Made by a program: the position numbers and the translations under genes
Notes under the pieces: generated by a model
The model's input: the letters and a program-made list of their open reading frames with translations, nothing else
The model's database searches: none
What the model was told of the DNA's origin: nothing
Assembly: GCA_963697335.1 (NCBI GenBank)
Contig: CAVONQ010000002.1
Coordinates: 224,001 to 288,000 of the forward strand
Reading direction: 5' to 3'
DNA from: an uncultured cyanobacterium
Lineage (GTDB): Bacteria; Cyanobacteriota; Cyanobacteriia; PCC-6307; Cyanobiaceae
Length of the DNA stretch: 64,000 nt
Shown here: positions 30,231 through 39,942 of the stretch, in pieces
Numbering within the stretch: the stretch's first letter is position 1
Layout: each line of letters opens with the position of its first letter

Positions 30231-31235
30231 TCAGTCGGTCAGCACTTGCTTGAGCGCAACGCGGTCGACCTTGCCACTGGGGTTCAGGGGAATCTCCCTG
30301 AGCACCACAATCTCCTCGGGAGCCTTGTAGCCAATGCGTTCGCGGGCAAAGCGGATCAAGTCACACCTTGATGGCACTGGGGCAACCTGCTGGAGCGTGA
30401 TGGAAGAGAGCACGTTCTCGCCATGCATCTCGTCATGGATGCCGATTGCACCGGCCAGTTCCACGGCAGGGTGTTCGCACAACGCCTTCTCCACATCCTG
30501 GGGGCAGATCTTGGAGCCGTCGTGCACGATGCTCTGCTTGCGCCGACCACAGAACCAGAGATAGCCGTCTGCATCGGCCCGTGTCTCGTCGCCGGTGTCC
30601 AGCCAGCCCCCAAGGAGTGTCTCGGCTATGGCGGAGGGGTTGTCCCAGTAGCCCGTCATCGCAGAAGCTGAACGCAGCCAGACCCGGCCCACTGAACCGA
30701 TCCGGTTCTCCCCGGAGGGGGGCGACACCGTGGCGACCCCGCACTCGCTCATGCGAGGCACTCGTCGATGGCAAAGGCCACGGAGGCCTCGAAATCCCGC
30801 CGCAGCTGCACCGGGACCTTGTCACCACCTGAGAGGCAGAGGCGCACAGGGGAGAAGTCCCGGGGATTGAGGTTCCGGTCATGCATCAGCCCCAGGGGAA
30901 GTGATCCCGCCAGATCTGTGGCGTCCAGCTCGGCGCGGTGCTCATGGTGGTACAGCAACAACACCGCCCCGCTGACCTTCAGGGCATGGTCCATCTCCGG
31001 CACCCATAGCGGTAGTTGAGTGGGGTGATCACCAGGCCCAGCCGGTTGGGCATGAGAGATGCCACCCGTTCTCCCTGCTGGAGCGGCAGGCCTGCATAGA
31101 CCCCCACCAAGCGCTCCACCTGTTGCTCCAGCTCCTGCCAGCGGAGGCTGGTCCGCGGCTCCTGGAGGGCTGGTCCGGTGGGATCGCGGTCCAACCCCAC
31201 GTCCAGCAGCCGATCGAGACGGTCGGGAAGTGTGA
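30231..31235 (-). pseudogene. Fragmented AMP-dependent acyl-CoA ligase
   Basis: Three frames: N-terminal (GERVASLMPNR..ITPLNYRY), middle (CLSGGDKV), C-terminal (GYW, WLDTGD, GRRK, PSGKVDR); large deletions. Confidence 0.8.
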
Positions 31236-31243
31236 GGGGCCGC

Positions 31244-32356
31244 TCAGCAGCAGCCGCCCGGCTCCGTGATCGGGGTGGAGGAGGGGGCCGAGCCCTGGGA
31301 GCTGAACGGCAGAGCCCCTCCGCAGCCGGGGAACAGGCCGTAGTGCTGGCTGAAGTCGCCGATGAAGCTGAAGTGCTCAGCGAAGCGGCTCTCCGCCAGC
31401 ATGCGGTAGGTGTTGCCGCACACCGGGAACACACGGCCCGTCTCGATGCTGTGGTGCTTGTCGAACTCCAGCCGATGGGGCTGGCCCGGCACGCTGCCGC
31501 GATAGATCACCGCCTGGCCGTGGTCCTCGCAGGCGTCCTCGAGGCTGTCGCTGTGGAACAGGCGGTAGGTGGCTGAGAAGAACTGCAGCTCGCCGGTGCG
31601 GGCCGCCAGCTGCGGATCGGTGATCGCCAGGGGGCGGTCCTCCACCAGGCGCGGGTCGGCAAAGCCGGCCTGGCGGGCCAGGCGCAGGAAGTCGTTCCAG
31701 TACAGGGCGCCGCCGAGGCATTCGCCGTAGAGCACCGGATCGAGGCGCAGCGCCTCAGGCACCCGCCGGTCGGCATAGACATCGGCGAAATAGAACTCGC
31801 CCCCCGGCCGCAGCAAGCGGCGCACGCCGCTCAGCACCGCCAGCTTGTCGGTGCTCAGGTTCACCACGCAGTTGGACACCACCACATCGAAGCTGCCAGG
31901 CTCCAGGCCCAGGGCGTCGAGCTGCTCGATCCGCCCCTCCAGCAACTGCACGTTGGCAAAGCCGAACTGCTCGGCATGGAAGCCCTGGTGCTCCCGGGCC
32001 ACCGCCAGCTGCTCGGCGGTCATGTCCACCCCCACCACGCTGCCCGTGGGGCCCACCAGCTGGGAGAGCAGGTAGACGTCGCGGCCGCTGCCGCAGCCCA
32101 GATCCAGCACCCGGGCGCCCTCCAGCAGGGGGGGCATCACCAGGCCGCAGCCGTAGTAGCGGGCCAGCACTTCGGGATGGAGGCGGGCCAGGAGTGGTTT
32201 CAGGTCCGCCGGCAGGGCGGTGGCGTCGCAGCAGGCGCTGGTGCGCAGGTCAGCCGTGCTGCTCAGCACCGTGCCGTAGTAATGCTGCACCTGGCGGCTG
32301 AGGTCCTGGTCGGGCTGCGCAGCATCGCAGGCGGCCCGGTCACTGGTGGTGGTCAT
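31244..32356 (-). CDS. arsM: Arsenite methyltransferase-like (AS3MT/ArsM type) SAM methyltransferase
   Basis: TSACC, YYGCG, LDLGCGSGRD, SNCVVNL, GECLGGALY, VCGNT, C-terminal GCC. Confidence 0.85.
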   Translation of the reverse strand: MTTTSDRAACDAAQPDQDLSRQVQHYYGTVLSSTADLRTSACCDATALPADLKPLLARLHPEVLARYYGCGLVMPPLLEGARVLDLGCGSGRDVYLLSQLVGPTGSVVGVDMTAEQLAVAREHQGFHAEQFGFANVQLLEGRIEQLDALGLEPGSFDVVVSNCVVNLSTDKLAVLSGVRRLLRPGGEFYFADVYADRRVPEALRLDPVLYGECLGGALYWNDFLRLARQAGFADPRLVEDRPLAITDPQLAARTGELQFFSATYRLFHSDSLEDACEDHGQAVIYRGSVPGQPHRLEFDKHHSIETGRVFPVCGNTYRMLAESRFAEHFSFIGDFSQHYGLFPGCGGALPFSSQGSAPSSTPITEPGGCC

Positions 32357-32381
32357 GGGGAGAGGAGGGAGTCCGGGTGGG

Positions 32382-33395
32382 TCAGGCCAGGGAGCCGCTG
32401 CAGCTGGAGCCACTGCCGGCCGTGCAGCCGAAGCAATGCTCGCCCACGGCGATCGGCTGGTGCCTGGGATCCAGCCGCAGCAGATCCCTGAGATGGGGCC
32501 TGGGCTTGTCGCTGCCGCCGGCGGGCAGGTCGAGCATCTGATTGAAGTCACAGTCGAACAACTGCCCCTGCCAGTCGACGCTGATCAACGAGCGGCACAT
32601 CACCCCGTCCAGGTTGGCGTCGCGATGGCTGGAGCGCAGCAGCTCGAGGTAGCTCTCCAGCTGGCCGCTGACCCGCAGCACCGCCGCGAAGCGCTGGATC
32701 GGCATGTTGGCCAGGGCGAACAGCTGGTTGAAGCGGATGCCGAAATCGCGCTCCAGCACCTGCTTGTATTGCGCCTCCAGCTGCTGCTGGGGCGGCGGCA
32801 GCGCGGCGCCCTGGGGGTTGTAGACGAGGTTCAGCACCAGGCCCGAGTCCGGCTGGCCGTAGCCGAGGCCCTGCAGCTGCTGCAGGCCGGCAATGCTGCG
32901 CTCGAACACGCCATCGCCGCGCTGACGGTCCACGTTGTCGGCGGAGTAACAGGGCAGGGAGGCCACCACCACCACCCCCTGGTCGGCCAGGAAGGCCGCC
33001 AGATCCTCCTGGCCGGGTTCGCTGAGGATGGTGAGGTTGCAGCGGTCGATCACCGTCACCCCCAGCTGTCGCGCCTCCTGCACCAGCTGACGGAACAGCG
33101 GATGCAGTTCCGGTGCGCCGCCGGTGAGATCGAGGCTGCCCAGACCCCTGGCCTTCAGCACCTGGGGGATCAGGGCCGCGGTGGCGGCGTCCATGCTCTC
33201 GGTGCGGGTCGGGCCTGCGCCCACGTGGCAGTGGCTGCAACTCTGGTTGCAGCGGTAACCCAGGTTCACCTGCAGGCAGCTGAGGGCCTGGCGCCGCAGG
33301 GCTGGAAAGCCCTGCGGGCCTGCCGAGACCCCGTTGCTGCCGCTGCTGGTGCCGGTGCTTGGACTGGTGCTGGTGCCGAGGGATGCGCTGGACAT
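32382..33395 (-). CDS. arsS: Arsenosugar biosynthesis radical SAM protein ArsS (DUF3641 C-terminus)
   Basis: CNQSCSHC, DLTGGAPEL, MCRSLISV, DCDFNQM, HCFGCTAG.GSSC; adjacent to arsM. Confidence 0.88.
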   Translation of the reverse strand: MSSASLGTSTSPSTGTSSGSNGVSAGPQGFPALRRQALSCLQVNLGYRCNQSCSHCHVGAGPTRTESMDAATAALIPQVLKARGLGSLDLTGGAPELHPLFRQLVQEARQLGVTVIDRCNLTILSEPGQEDLAAFLADQGVVVVASLPCYSADNVDRQRGDGVFERSIAGLQQLQGLGYGQPDSGLVLNLVYNPQGAALPPPQQQLEAQYKQVLERDFGIRFNQLFALANMPIQRFAAVLRVSGQLESYLELLRSSHRDANLDGVMCRSLISVDWQGQLFDCDFNQMLDLPAGGSDKPRPHLRDLLRLDPRHQPIAVGEHCFGCTAGSGSSCSGSLA

Positions 33396-34126
33396 CAGAC
33401 GCTGGTGAGGACGCGCGGACCCCGGGGCTGATCCCCCCCCGGGCGCAGGGGTTCGAGGCTGATGCTCAGCTTGGTGGCGCTGCTGGAGGGTTCGGTCGGG
33501 ATCGGCATCGACACGCTGCCGGCCAGGTCGGGCACGAACTGCACACACCCCACCTGGCGGCCGTCCACCTCGGCCCAGAGGCGGTAGGCGTGCTGGGGTG
33601 GGGGAGCCGGCAGGCCCTTCAGCTGCAACAGGTTGTAGCCCTGGTCGGCCTGCACCACCACCTGGCCGCTCACGGCACCGCTGGGGGTCATGCCCTTGAG
33701 GGCCATGGTGCGGCTCACGGGCAGGGGATCGCCCGGCGCGCCGCTGGTCGCCGGCCGCTCGGCCAGCTGCTGGCGCAGCTGCTGCACCTGCACGCCCATC
33801 AGCACCAGAGCGCCAGCCATCGCGGCCATGGCCAGTCCAGCCCAGCGGGGGCGCGGTGTCGCCGCCGGCCGGACCGGTGCGGGGGTTGCCGGTTTGAGCA
33901 GGCGCCGCCGCAGGCGCGCCGGTGGAAGCTCCTGGTTGGGCAGGGCCAGGGGCAGCAGCTGCAGGGTGGTGGTGAGCTCGTCGAGACGCACCTGCAGGCT
34001 CGGGTTGGCAGCCAGGTGACGCTGCAGTTCCGCCTGCTCGGCCTCATCGAGGTCGCCCAGGGCGTGGCCGGCCAGCAGTTCATCGAGGGCGCTGTCGGTC
34101 GGTGGTGTCAGATCGGGTGCAGACAT
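33395..34126 (-). CDS. Anti-sigma factor, RskA family
   Basis: ELLAGHALG.LD N-terminus, PPARLRRRLL, TM helix, Y.LW, ISLEP..G..P.GP. Confidence 0.85.
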   Translation of the reverse strand: MSAPDLTPPTDSALDELLAGHALGDLDEAEQAELQRHLAANPSLQVRLDELTTTLQLLPLALPNQELPPARLRRRLLKPATPAPVRPAATPRPRWAGLAMAAMAGALVLMGVQVQQLRQQLAERPATSGAPGDPLPVSRTMALKGMTPSGAVSGQVVVQADQGYNLLQLKGLPAPPPQHAYRLWAEVDGRQVGCVQFVPDLAGSVSMPIPTEPSSSATKLSISLEPLRPGGDQPRGPRVLTSV

Positions 34127-34782
34127 CAGCGGCGCCGGGAGGGAGAGGGGGTGCTGGGCTGGTCCACGGGGCCAGGACCGGCCTGAAAGTCGACCATGTG
34201 GCGCCGCAGGGCCAGCAGGCCCTGGCGGGAGCGGGTCTTCACCGTGCCCAGGGGGATCTGCAGCCGCTCCGCCACCGCAGACTGGCTCAGGCCCTGGTAG
34301 TAGGCGAGTTCCAGCACCTGCCGCTGCTTGGGATCGATCTGCGCCAGGGCCAGGGCCATGCGCTCGCCCAGGTCGGTGAGTTCGGCCCAGCGCTGGGTGC
34401 TGGGGGGCTCGTGGCCCAGCAGCTGGTGGGACCACTGCTGCACGATCTGCCAGCGGTTGCGCTGCTGGGCCAGCCGGTTCAGGGCCATCGAGCGGGTGAG
34501 CAGCAGCAGATAGGCCAGCACGGGTCCACGGCTGGGGTCATAGCTGCCCTGCCGCCAGAAGCGCAGAAACACGTCGTGCACCAGGTCTTCGGCGGCGTGG
34601 CTGCTGCGGCAGAGCCGCAGGGCCAGGCGATAGACCGCCGGGCTGTAGGCGTCGTAGAGGGAGGCCAGATCGCCGTGGTCGATCTCCAGCTCCGGTGCGT
34701 CAGCTGAGCCGGCGTGCAGCGCCGCCGACTTCCGGAAGGCACCGGTTGTTCCCCGGGCGGATGGGGGGTGCGGGGGCGCCAT
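34126..34782 (-). CDS. ECF sigma-70 factor (SigK-like)
   Basis: LYDAY..VYRLA..AEDLVHDVF, YDPSRG, LAYYQGLSQS.VAERL.IPLGTVKTR. Confidence 0.92.
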   Translation of the reverse strand: MAPPHPPSARGTTGAFRKSAALHAGSADAPELEIDHGDLASLYDAYSPAVYRLALRLCRSSHAAEDLVHDVFLRFWRQGSYDPSRGPVLAYLLLLTRSMALNRLAQQRNRWQIVQQWSHQLLGHEPPSTQRWAELTDLGERMALALAQIDPKQRQVLELAYYQGLSQSAVAERLQIPLGTVKTRSRQGLLALRRHMVDFQAGPGPVDQPSTPSPSRRR

Positions 34783-34814
34783 GGCCGTCGGGGCAAGGAG
34801 CGGATCTGGAACCA

Positions 34815-35198
34815 CTACCGACGAACGGGCCGATCGGATGGCGCCTCCCGATCAATCACCAGCAGCAGGCCCCCCATGATGGCCAGATTCTTGAACAGCT
34901 GGATCCGTTCCTGGGGATCCTCCAGGGCGGTGTGGAACACCAGGGTGGCGGGCACGAGGAACACCAGCAGCAGGGTGGCTCCCAGGCGCTGACGCCAGCC
35001 ACTGATCACCAGCACGGAGCCCACGGCCATCAGGGCCATCGACACCGCCAGCACCAACCCCGGGACGGGCAGCCCCCGCTGCTGCATCTGGGCCGCCACC
35101 GCCGCGAAGCCCCCCAGCTTGCCCAGCAGGGATTGCAGGAACACCAGGCAGAGCAGGGTGCGCCCGAGGACGGCCCACCAGGAAAAGGAACGGGTCAT
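34815..35198 (-). CDS. DoxX family membrane protein
   Basis: GRTLL..VFL, TLVFH, FKNLAIMGGLL. Confidence 0.88.
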   Translation of the reverse strand: MTRSFSWWAVLGRTLLCLVFLQSLLGKLGGFAAVAAQMQQRGLPVPGLVLAVSMALMAVGSVLVISGWRQRLGATLLLVFLVPATLVFHTALEDPQERIQLFKNLAIMGGLLLVIDREAPSDRPVRR

Positions 35199-35218
35199 GG
35201 CCGCGGCAGGCAGGTGGA

Positions 35219-35470
35219 TCAGGCTGGGGCCGTGCCCGGCTTGCCGGAGGCCCCCTCCCGCTGGAACAGTCCGTCGAGATAGTGACGGGCCACGGCCCGA
35301 TCCTGGCAGCCCTGCTGGAACAGGAACCCCGCCAGGGCGGCCTGCATCAGGCGGTACTGGTCCCATTGGGGATGGGTGCGCACAAACTCTCCCATCGCCT
35401 CGAACAGGTCTTCGGGGAACTGGTTCTCGATCGACACGGTGGCCGGTGCGTGGTCGGGGACGGGGCTCAT
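35219..35470 (-). CDS. DUF2811 family protein
   Basis: PEDLFEAM..F...HPQWDQYR..QAALAGFLFQQG...YLDGLF. Confidence 0.85.
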   Translation of the reverse strand: MSPVPDHAPATVSIENQFPEDLFEAMGEFVRTHPQWDQYRLMQAALAGFLFQQGCQDRAVARHYLDGLFQREGASGKPGTAPA

Positions 35471-35742
35471 CGGGCTGCGGCTCAACGGGGTGTCGTTCAA
35501 GGGGCTCGGTCGCGCTTCGACCCCATCAGGCCATGGCGAGTGGCCGCCGTCAAAGCGGTGCCCGGGGCCCCATCCCGCCTGGACGCACGCTGAGAAGTGA
35601 GTGGGGATGGGGTGTTCCGGGAGAACCGTTGCGGCCAGGCCCGGTCCCGTCAGGTCAGGCTCCGGGCCGTCAACGGGAGAACCGCTTTTCCCCGCCGATT
35701 GGTCCCAGGGGGGGCGCTGGGCCGGATGGCCGCCGTGAAGCC

Positions 35743-35793
35743 TGGGGAAAACCCCCCAGGCCAGTGGGGAAAAACGAGGGGAGTGGCGGAAAA
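35743..35793 (-). promoter_or_regulatory. Triple direct repeat TTTTCC(C/G)C(A/C), spacing 20/22 bp, upstream of DUF2811 copy 1
   Basis: Plus strand TGGGGAAAA 35743-51 and 35765-73, GGCGGAAAA 35785-93; same layout at 52571-52621. Confidence 0.6.
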
Positions 35794-35951
35794 GTTGATT
35801 GCTCAGCATTGGTGATCGGTCGCAGCGGTGCCGAGCCCCTCAGGTCATGGCCCGGCCCGGTGAGCCAGAAGCACTTCGACGAGTTGTATCAATCGCGCCA
35901 TTAGGGGGGGTGGTCGACGGGCTTGGCTAGCCGTCAGCCCATTTCCGGACT

Positions 35952-38120
35952 ATGCCTTCCAACCCGCGGCTTCACGCCATCGACACGATCCTGGCGCGGC
36001 CCCTGGTGCCCACCATGCCTGCCACATCGCTCGAAGAGCTGTGGGCCAGCGATGTGTTCACGCTCGAGAAGATGAAGTCGGCGTTGCCGAAGAACGTCTT
36101 CAAGTCGATCCAGCGCTGCATCCGTGAAGGCAGCAAGCTCGATACCTCCGTGGCCGATGTGGTCGCCCAGGCGATGAAGGACTGGGCCACCGGCCGCGGT
36201 GCCCTGTACTACGCCCACGTCTTCTACCCGCTCACCAACCTCACCGCCGAGAAGCATGACGGCTTCATCTCGGCCCAGGGTGATGGTTCGGCCTTCACCG
36301 AATTCAGTGGCAAGGTGCTGGTTCAGGGGGAGCCTGACGGCTCGTCCTTCCCCAACGGCGGCATTCGCTCCACCTTTGAAGCCCGCGGCTACACCGCCTG
36401 GGACGTGACCAGCCCGGCCTATCTGATGGAGACCCCCAACGGGGTCACCCTCTGCATCCCCACCGTGTTCGTGTCCTGGACCGGTGAGGCCCTCGACAAG
36501 AAGACCCCGCTGCTGCGCTCCAACAAGGCCATGAACAAGCAGGCCCAGCGCCTGCTGACCCTGCTGGGTGAAACCGAAATCGCCACGGTCAACTCCAGCT
36601 GCGGTGCTGAGCAGGAATACTTCCTGGTGGATTCGGCCTTCACCGCCCTGCGCCCCGACTTGCAGCTCGCCGGCCGCACCCTGGTGGGAGCCCCTCCGGC
36701 CAAGGGCCAGCAGTTCGACGACCACTACTTCGGCGCCATCCCCGAACGGGTGCAGGTGTTCATGCAGGACGTCGAGCGGCAGATGTATCGCCTCGGCATT
36801 CCCGCCAAGACCCGCCACAACGAGGTGGCTCCTGGGCAGTTCGAGCTGGCGCCCTTTTTCGAGGCCGCCAACGTGGCCACCGACCACCAGCAGCTCACGA
36901 TGACCTTGCTCAAGAGCACGGCCAAGAAGCACGGCTTCAGCTGCCTGCTGCACGAGAAGCCCTTCGCCGGGGTCAACGGCAGCGGCAAGCACGTCAACTG
37001 GTCGATCGGCAATCCCACCCAGGGCAACCTGCTCGATCCCGGCTCCACGCCCCACGAGAACATGCAGTTCCTGCTGTTCTGTTCGGCCGTGATCCGCGGC
37101 GTGCACCTGTTCGGTCCGCTGATGCGGGCGGCCATCGCCACCGCCAGCAACGACCATCGCCTCGGTGCCAATGAGGCGCCGCCGGCAATCATCTCGGTGT
37201 ATCTGGGCAGCCAGCTGGAGGATGTGTTCCAGCAGATCCGCGCGGGCAACCTGCAGGGTTCGGCCCAGGCGGCGTTGATGTCCCTGGGGATCGACACCCT
37301 GCCCGAGCTCAACAAGGATCCCGGCGACCGCAACCGCACCTCACCCTTCGCCTTCACCGGCAATCGCTTCGAGTTCAGGGCCGTCGGCTCGGGCCAGTCG
37401 GTGGCCGGTCCGCTGGTGGTGCTGAACACGATCCTGGCCGATTCCCTGGAGTGGGTGAACGACCAGCTGGAGGCCGCCATGGCCGCCGGCAGCAGCCTCG
37501 ATGAGGCGGCCCTGGCGGTGATGAAGGACGTCATGAATCAGCACGGTGATGTGGTGTTCGGGGGGGATGGCTATTCCGACGAGTGGCACCGCATGGCGGT
37601 GGAGGAGCGGGGACTCGAGAACCTGCCCACATCCGCCGATGCCCTGCCGGTGCTGGAGCGGCCTGACGTGAGGGCCCTGTTCGAGCGCCAGGGCGTGCTC
37701 TCGCCGCTGGAGCTCGAGAGCCGTTTCGAGGTGTATGCCGAGCAGTACGTGCAGGCCATCGAGGTGGAGGCCCGCCTGCTGCTGCGCATGGCCCGCACCC
37801 AGATCTATCCGGCGGTGTCGGACACCCTGGGCAAGATGGCGTTCTCGATCAAGAGCCAGGAGAAGGTGGGTCTGTCCCCCGACACCTCCATGCTCAAGAC
37901 GATGGAGTCCCTGGGCAGCGATCTGCTCGCGGGCTGCACGGCCCTGGAGGAGGCCATGGCTGTCCATCCCGACGGCATTCATGCCCACCTGCGCCACTGC
38001 GCCGATGGGGTGCTGCCGGTGATGCTCAAGATCCGGGCCGCCGCCGATGGTCTCGAGCAGCTCATCGACGATGACGCCTGGCCGCTGCCCACCTACCAGG
38101 AGATGCTGTTCATGCGCTGA
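35952..38120 (+). CDS. glnN: Glutamine synthetase type III
   Basis: [56 protein letters not shown]. Confidence 0.97.
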   Translation: MPSNPRLHAIDTILARPLVPTMPATSLEELWASDVFTLEKMKSALPKNVFKSIQRCIREGSKLDTSVADVVAQAMKDWATGRGALYYAHVFYPLTNLTAEKHDGFISAQGDGSAFTEFSGKVLVQGEPDGSSFPNGGIRSTFEARGYTAWDVTSPAYLMETPNGVTLCIPTVFVSWTGEALDKKTPLLRSNKAMNKQAQRLLTLLGETEIATVNSSCGAEQEYFLVDSAFTALRPDLQLAGRTLVGAPPAKGQQFDDHYFGAIPERVQVFMQDVERQMYRLGIPAKTRHNEVAPGQFELAPFFEAANVATDHQQLTMTLLKSTAKKHGFSCLLHEKPFAGVNGSGKHVNWSIGNPTQGNLLDPGSTPHENMQFLLFCSAVIRGVHLFGPLMRAAIATASNDHRLGANEAPPAIISVYLGSQLEDVFQQIRAGNLQGSAQAALMSLGIDTLPELNKDPGDRNRTSPFAFTGNRFEFRAVGSGQSVAGPLVVLNTILADSLEWVNDQLEAAMAAGSSLDEAALAVMKDVMNQHGDVVFGGDGYSDEWHRMAVEERGLENLPTSADALPVLERPDVRALFERQGVLSPLELESRFEVYAEQYVQAIEVEARLLLRMARTQIYPAVSDTLGKMAFSIKSQEKVGLSPDTSMLKTMESLGSDLLAGCTALEEAMAVHPDGIHAHLRHCADGVLPVMLKIRAAADGLEQLIDDDAWPLPTYQEMLFMR

Positions 38121-38188
38121 GGCCGGCTGGCTCGCACCTTCAGTTCCCTCTGGGCAGGATGGCAAAAGTCCCCTGCCCGGAATGTCCC

Positions 38189-38305
38189 ATGGATCCAGAC
38201 GTGGCCCTTCCGATCGGCGCGGGCCTGGTGATGATTCTGTTGATCGTGGTGGGCGCGGTGGTGATCGTGCTGCGCCCCAGCGATCTCCCCGACCGCAAGC
38301 CCTGA
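38189..38305 (+). CDS. Unannotated 38-aa single-TM small protein
   Basis: MDPDVALPIGAGLVMILLIVVGAVVIVLRPSDLPDRKP*, GC3-rich codons. Confidence 0.6.
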   Translation: MDPDVALPIGAGLVMILLIVVGAVVIVLRPSDLPDRKP

Positions 38306-38357
38306 TTCGATTCGTTGCAGCAGGCATCGATCTGTTCCACTCCAGCCCGCCCCTCTG

Positions 38358-38861
38358 GTGGCCCTGGCGAGCCCCGTCTATGACGAGGTCATCCCTTCAG
38401 GATCAGGAGGCCTGCCGTTGATCCGCGCCATCCCCAAGGATTGCCCAGCGGCGAGTCCAGCCCTCAGCCGCCTGGTGGTGGGCCAGGCCCTGGACTATTT
38501 CGCCCTCCATTTCCGGCGTCCGATCGCCATGGCGGCGGTGGCCGACGCCCTGGGCATTTCCGAGGCCTGCCTCGACTTCTGCTTTGACCAGTCGCGGGGC
38601 ATGACCCCCTACGAAGCCCTGCAGCACCATCGGCTCAATCGACTGTTCGCGGCCATCACCCTGCAGCCGCGTCGCTCGCTGACACGGGCCATCCTGGCCT
38701 GCGGCCTGCAGCGCAGTGCGGAGACGGTGAGCCGCTTCGAAGACACCTTCGGCATCGCCATGCCCCTGTTCCTGCTCACCTGCCGCCGGGCCGAGCAAGA
38801 CCGCCACTTTCGCCGCCACCACCCGCAGCGGGAGGCCCTGGTGCAGGCCTCAACCGCCTAG
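38358..38861 (+). CDS. AraC-type HTH protein without a recognisable sensor domain
   Basis: ALDY...HF.RPI...VADALGIS...L..CF....GMTP...L...RL; F..TFG. Confidence 0.7.
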   Translation: MALASPVYDEVIPSGSGGLPLIRAIPKDCPAASPALSRLVVGQALDYFALHFRRPIAMAAVADALGISEACLDFCFDQSRGMTPYEALQHHRLNRLFAAITLQPRRSLTRAILACGLQRSAETVSRFEDTFGIAMPLFLLTCRRAEQDRHFRRHHPQREALVQASTA

Positions 38862-38975
38862 GGACGCTTCCCTAGGATTGATCTTCGACGTGAGACTTTT
38901 CTGTCAACCCTTGTTGCGGGCGGCCAACGCCCCTTCCTGCTGAGGCGGCTGCTGCACGGCCTGGGCCCCAAGCTG

Positions 38976-39776
38976 ATGCTTCTCATCCATCTGGGCTGCG
39001 CCCTGCTCCTCTGGACTGGACTCGGTGTAGGAGCGGTCCTGTGGGGGGTGGCCCTCTATCTGCTGAGGATGCTCGGCACCACCGCCATCTATCACCGGCT
39101 GCTCACCCATGGCAGCTACCGAGCTCCCCGGATGCTGTGGTGGATCGGCTCCCTGGTGGCCTGCTCCTCTGGCCAGATGGGCCCCAGCTGGTGGAAAGCG
39201 CACCACCTGCAGCACCATCGCCACGTGGATACGGCCGCCGATCCCCACACACCGCTCCAATCCGCCAACGGCTGGCGCGGCTTCTGGCACTCCCAGGTGG
39301 GCTGGCTGTTCACGCCCCAGTTCCACCCTGCCGAGCTGCCGCCAGACATCGAAGCCGACCCAGTGTTGCGCACGATGGATCGGCTGCACGTGGTGCCCGT
39401 GCTGGCCCTGGGGGCTCTCTCCTGGGGCCTGGGGGGGCTGGAATGGTTGGGTGCCTTCTGTCTCAGCACCGTGGTGCTGTATCACGCTGTGGCCAGTGTG
39501 AATTCCCTGGCCCACCTCTTTGGTGAGCAGCCCTTCAACACGGGTGATGACAGCCGCAACAATGGCTTCGTGGCCCTGATCACCCTGGGCGAGGGGTGGC
39601 ACAACCTGCACCATGGCTTCCAGGCGTCGGTGCGGCAGGGGTTCACGGTGCGCCACGGCAAGGTGCGCCGCCTGCCTGATCCCACTTACAGCTTCGTGCG
39701 CCTGCTGGAGAGGCTCGGCTGGGCCAGCCAGTTGCGGTTACCGAGTGATCACGCGCTCCTGGCCAGGGCGCGCTGA
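38976..39776 (+). CDS. desC: Acyl-lipid/acyl-CoA delta-9-type desaturase
   Basis: His boxes HRLLTH, HLQHH, GEGWHNLHH; NSLAH. Confidence 0.85.
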   Translation: MLLIHLGCALLLWTGLGVGAVLWGVALYLLRMLGTTAIYHRLLTHGSYRAPRMLWWIGSLVACSSGQMGPSWWKAHHLQHHRHVDTAADPHTPLQSANGWRGFWHSQVGWLFTPQFHPAELPPDIEADPVLRTMDRLHVVPVLALGALSWGLGGLEWLGAFCLSTVVLYHAVASVNSLAHLFGEQPFNTGDDSRNNGFVALITLGEGWHNLHHGFQASVRQGFTVRHGKVRRLPDPTYSFVRLLERLGWASQLRLPSDHALLARAR

Positions 39777-39846
39777 AGCTCCTGCTAGCGGCCCCATCCC
39801 TGCGCCACCTACCCCCGCAGTGGCCATCCCCACATCACGCCACACC

Positions 39847-39874
39847 AAAAAGCCGCCCCCGTAAAGGGACGGCC
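39847..39874 (-). terminator. Rho-independent terminator of the second rbp
   Basis: Minus strand GCCGTCCC...GGGGCGGC stem followed by TTTTT. Confidence 0.8.
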
Positions 39875-39942
39875 AGGTTGAGCTGAATCGGGGATTGGTT
39901 GGGTGGATCAGCTGGTGAGACCAGCCGATTCACCCGGCCAGA

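Noticed and set aside
30075..30235. Possible cupin-like fragment and a TCTGTCAGT direct repeat
   Set aside because: Too short to support a call
32382..32420. Selenocysteine in the ArsS C-terminal GSSC motif
   Set aside because: The codon is TGC (Cys), not TGA
35885..35899. NtcA site upstream of glnN
   Set aside because: Only the GTA half matches (GTA-N8-GCC) and there is no -10 at the expected spacing
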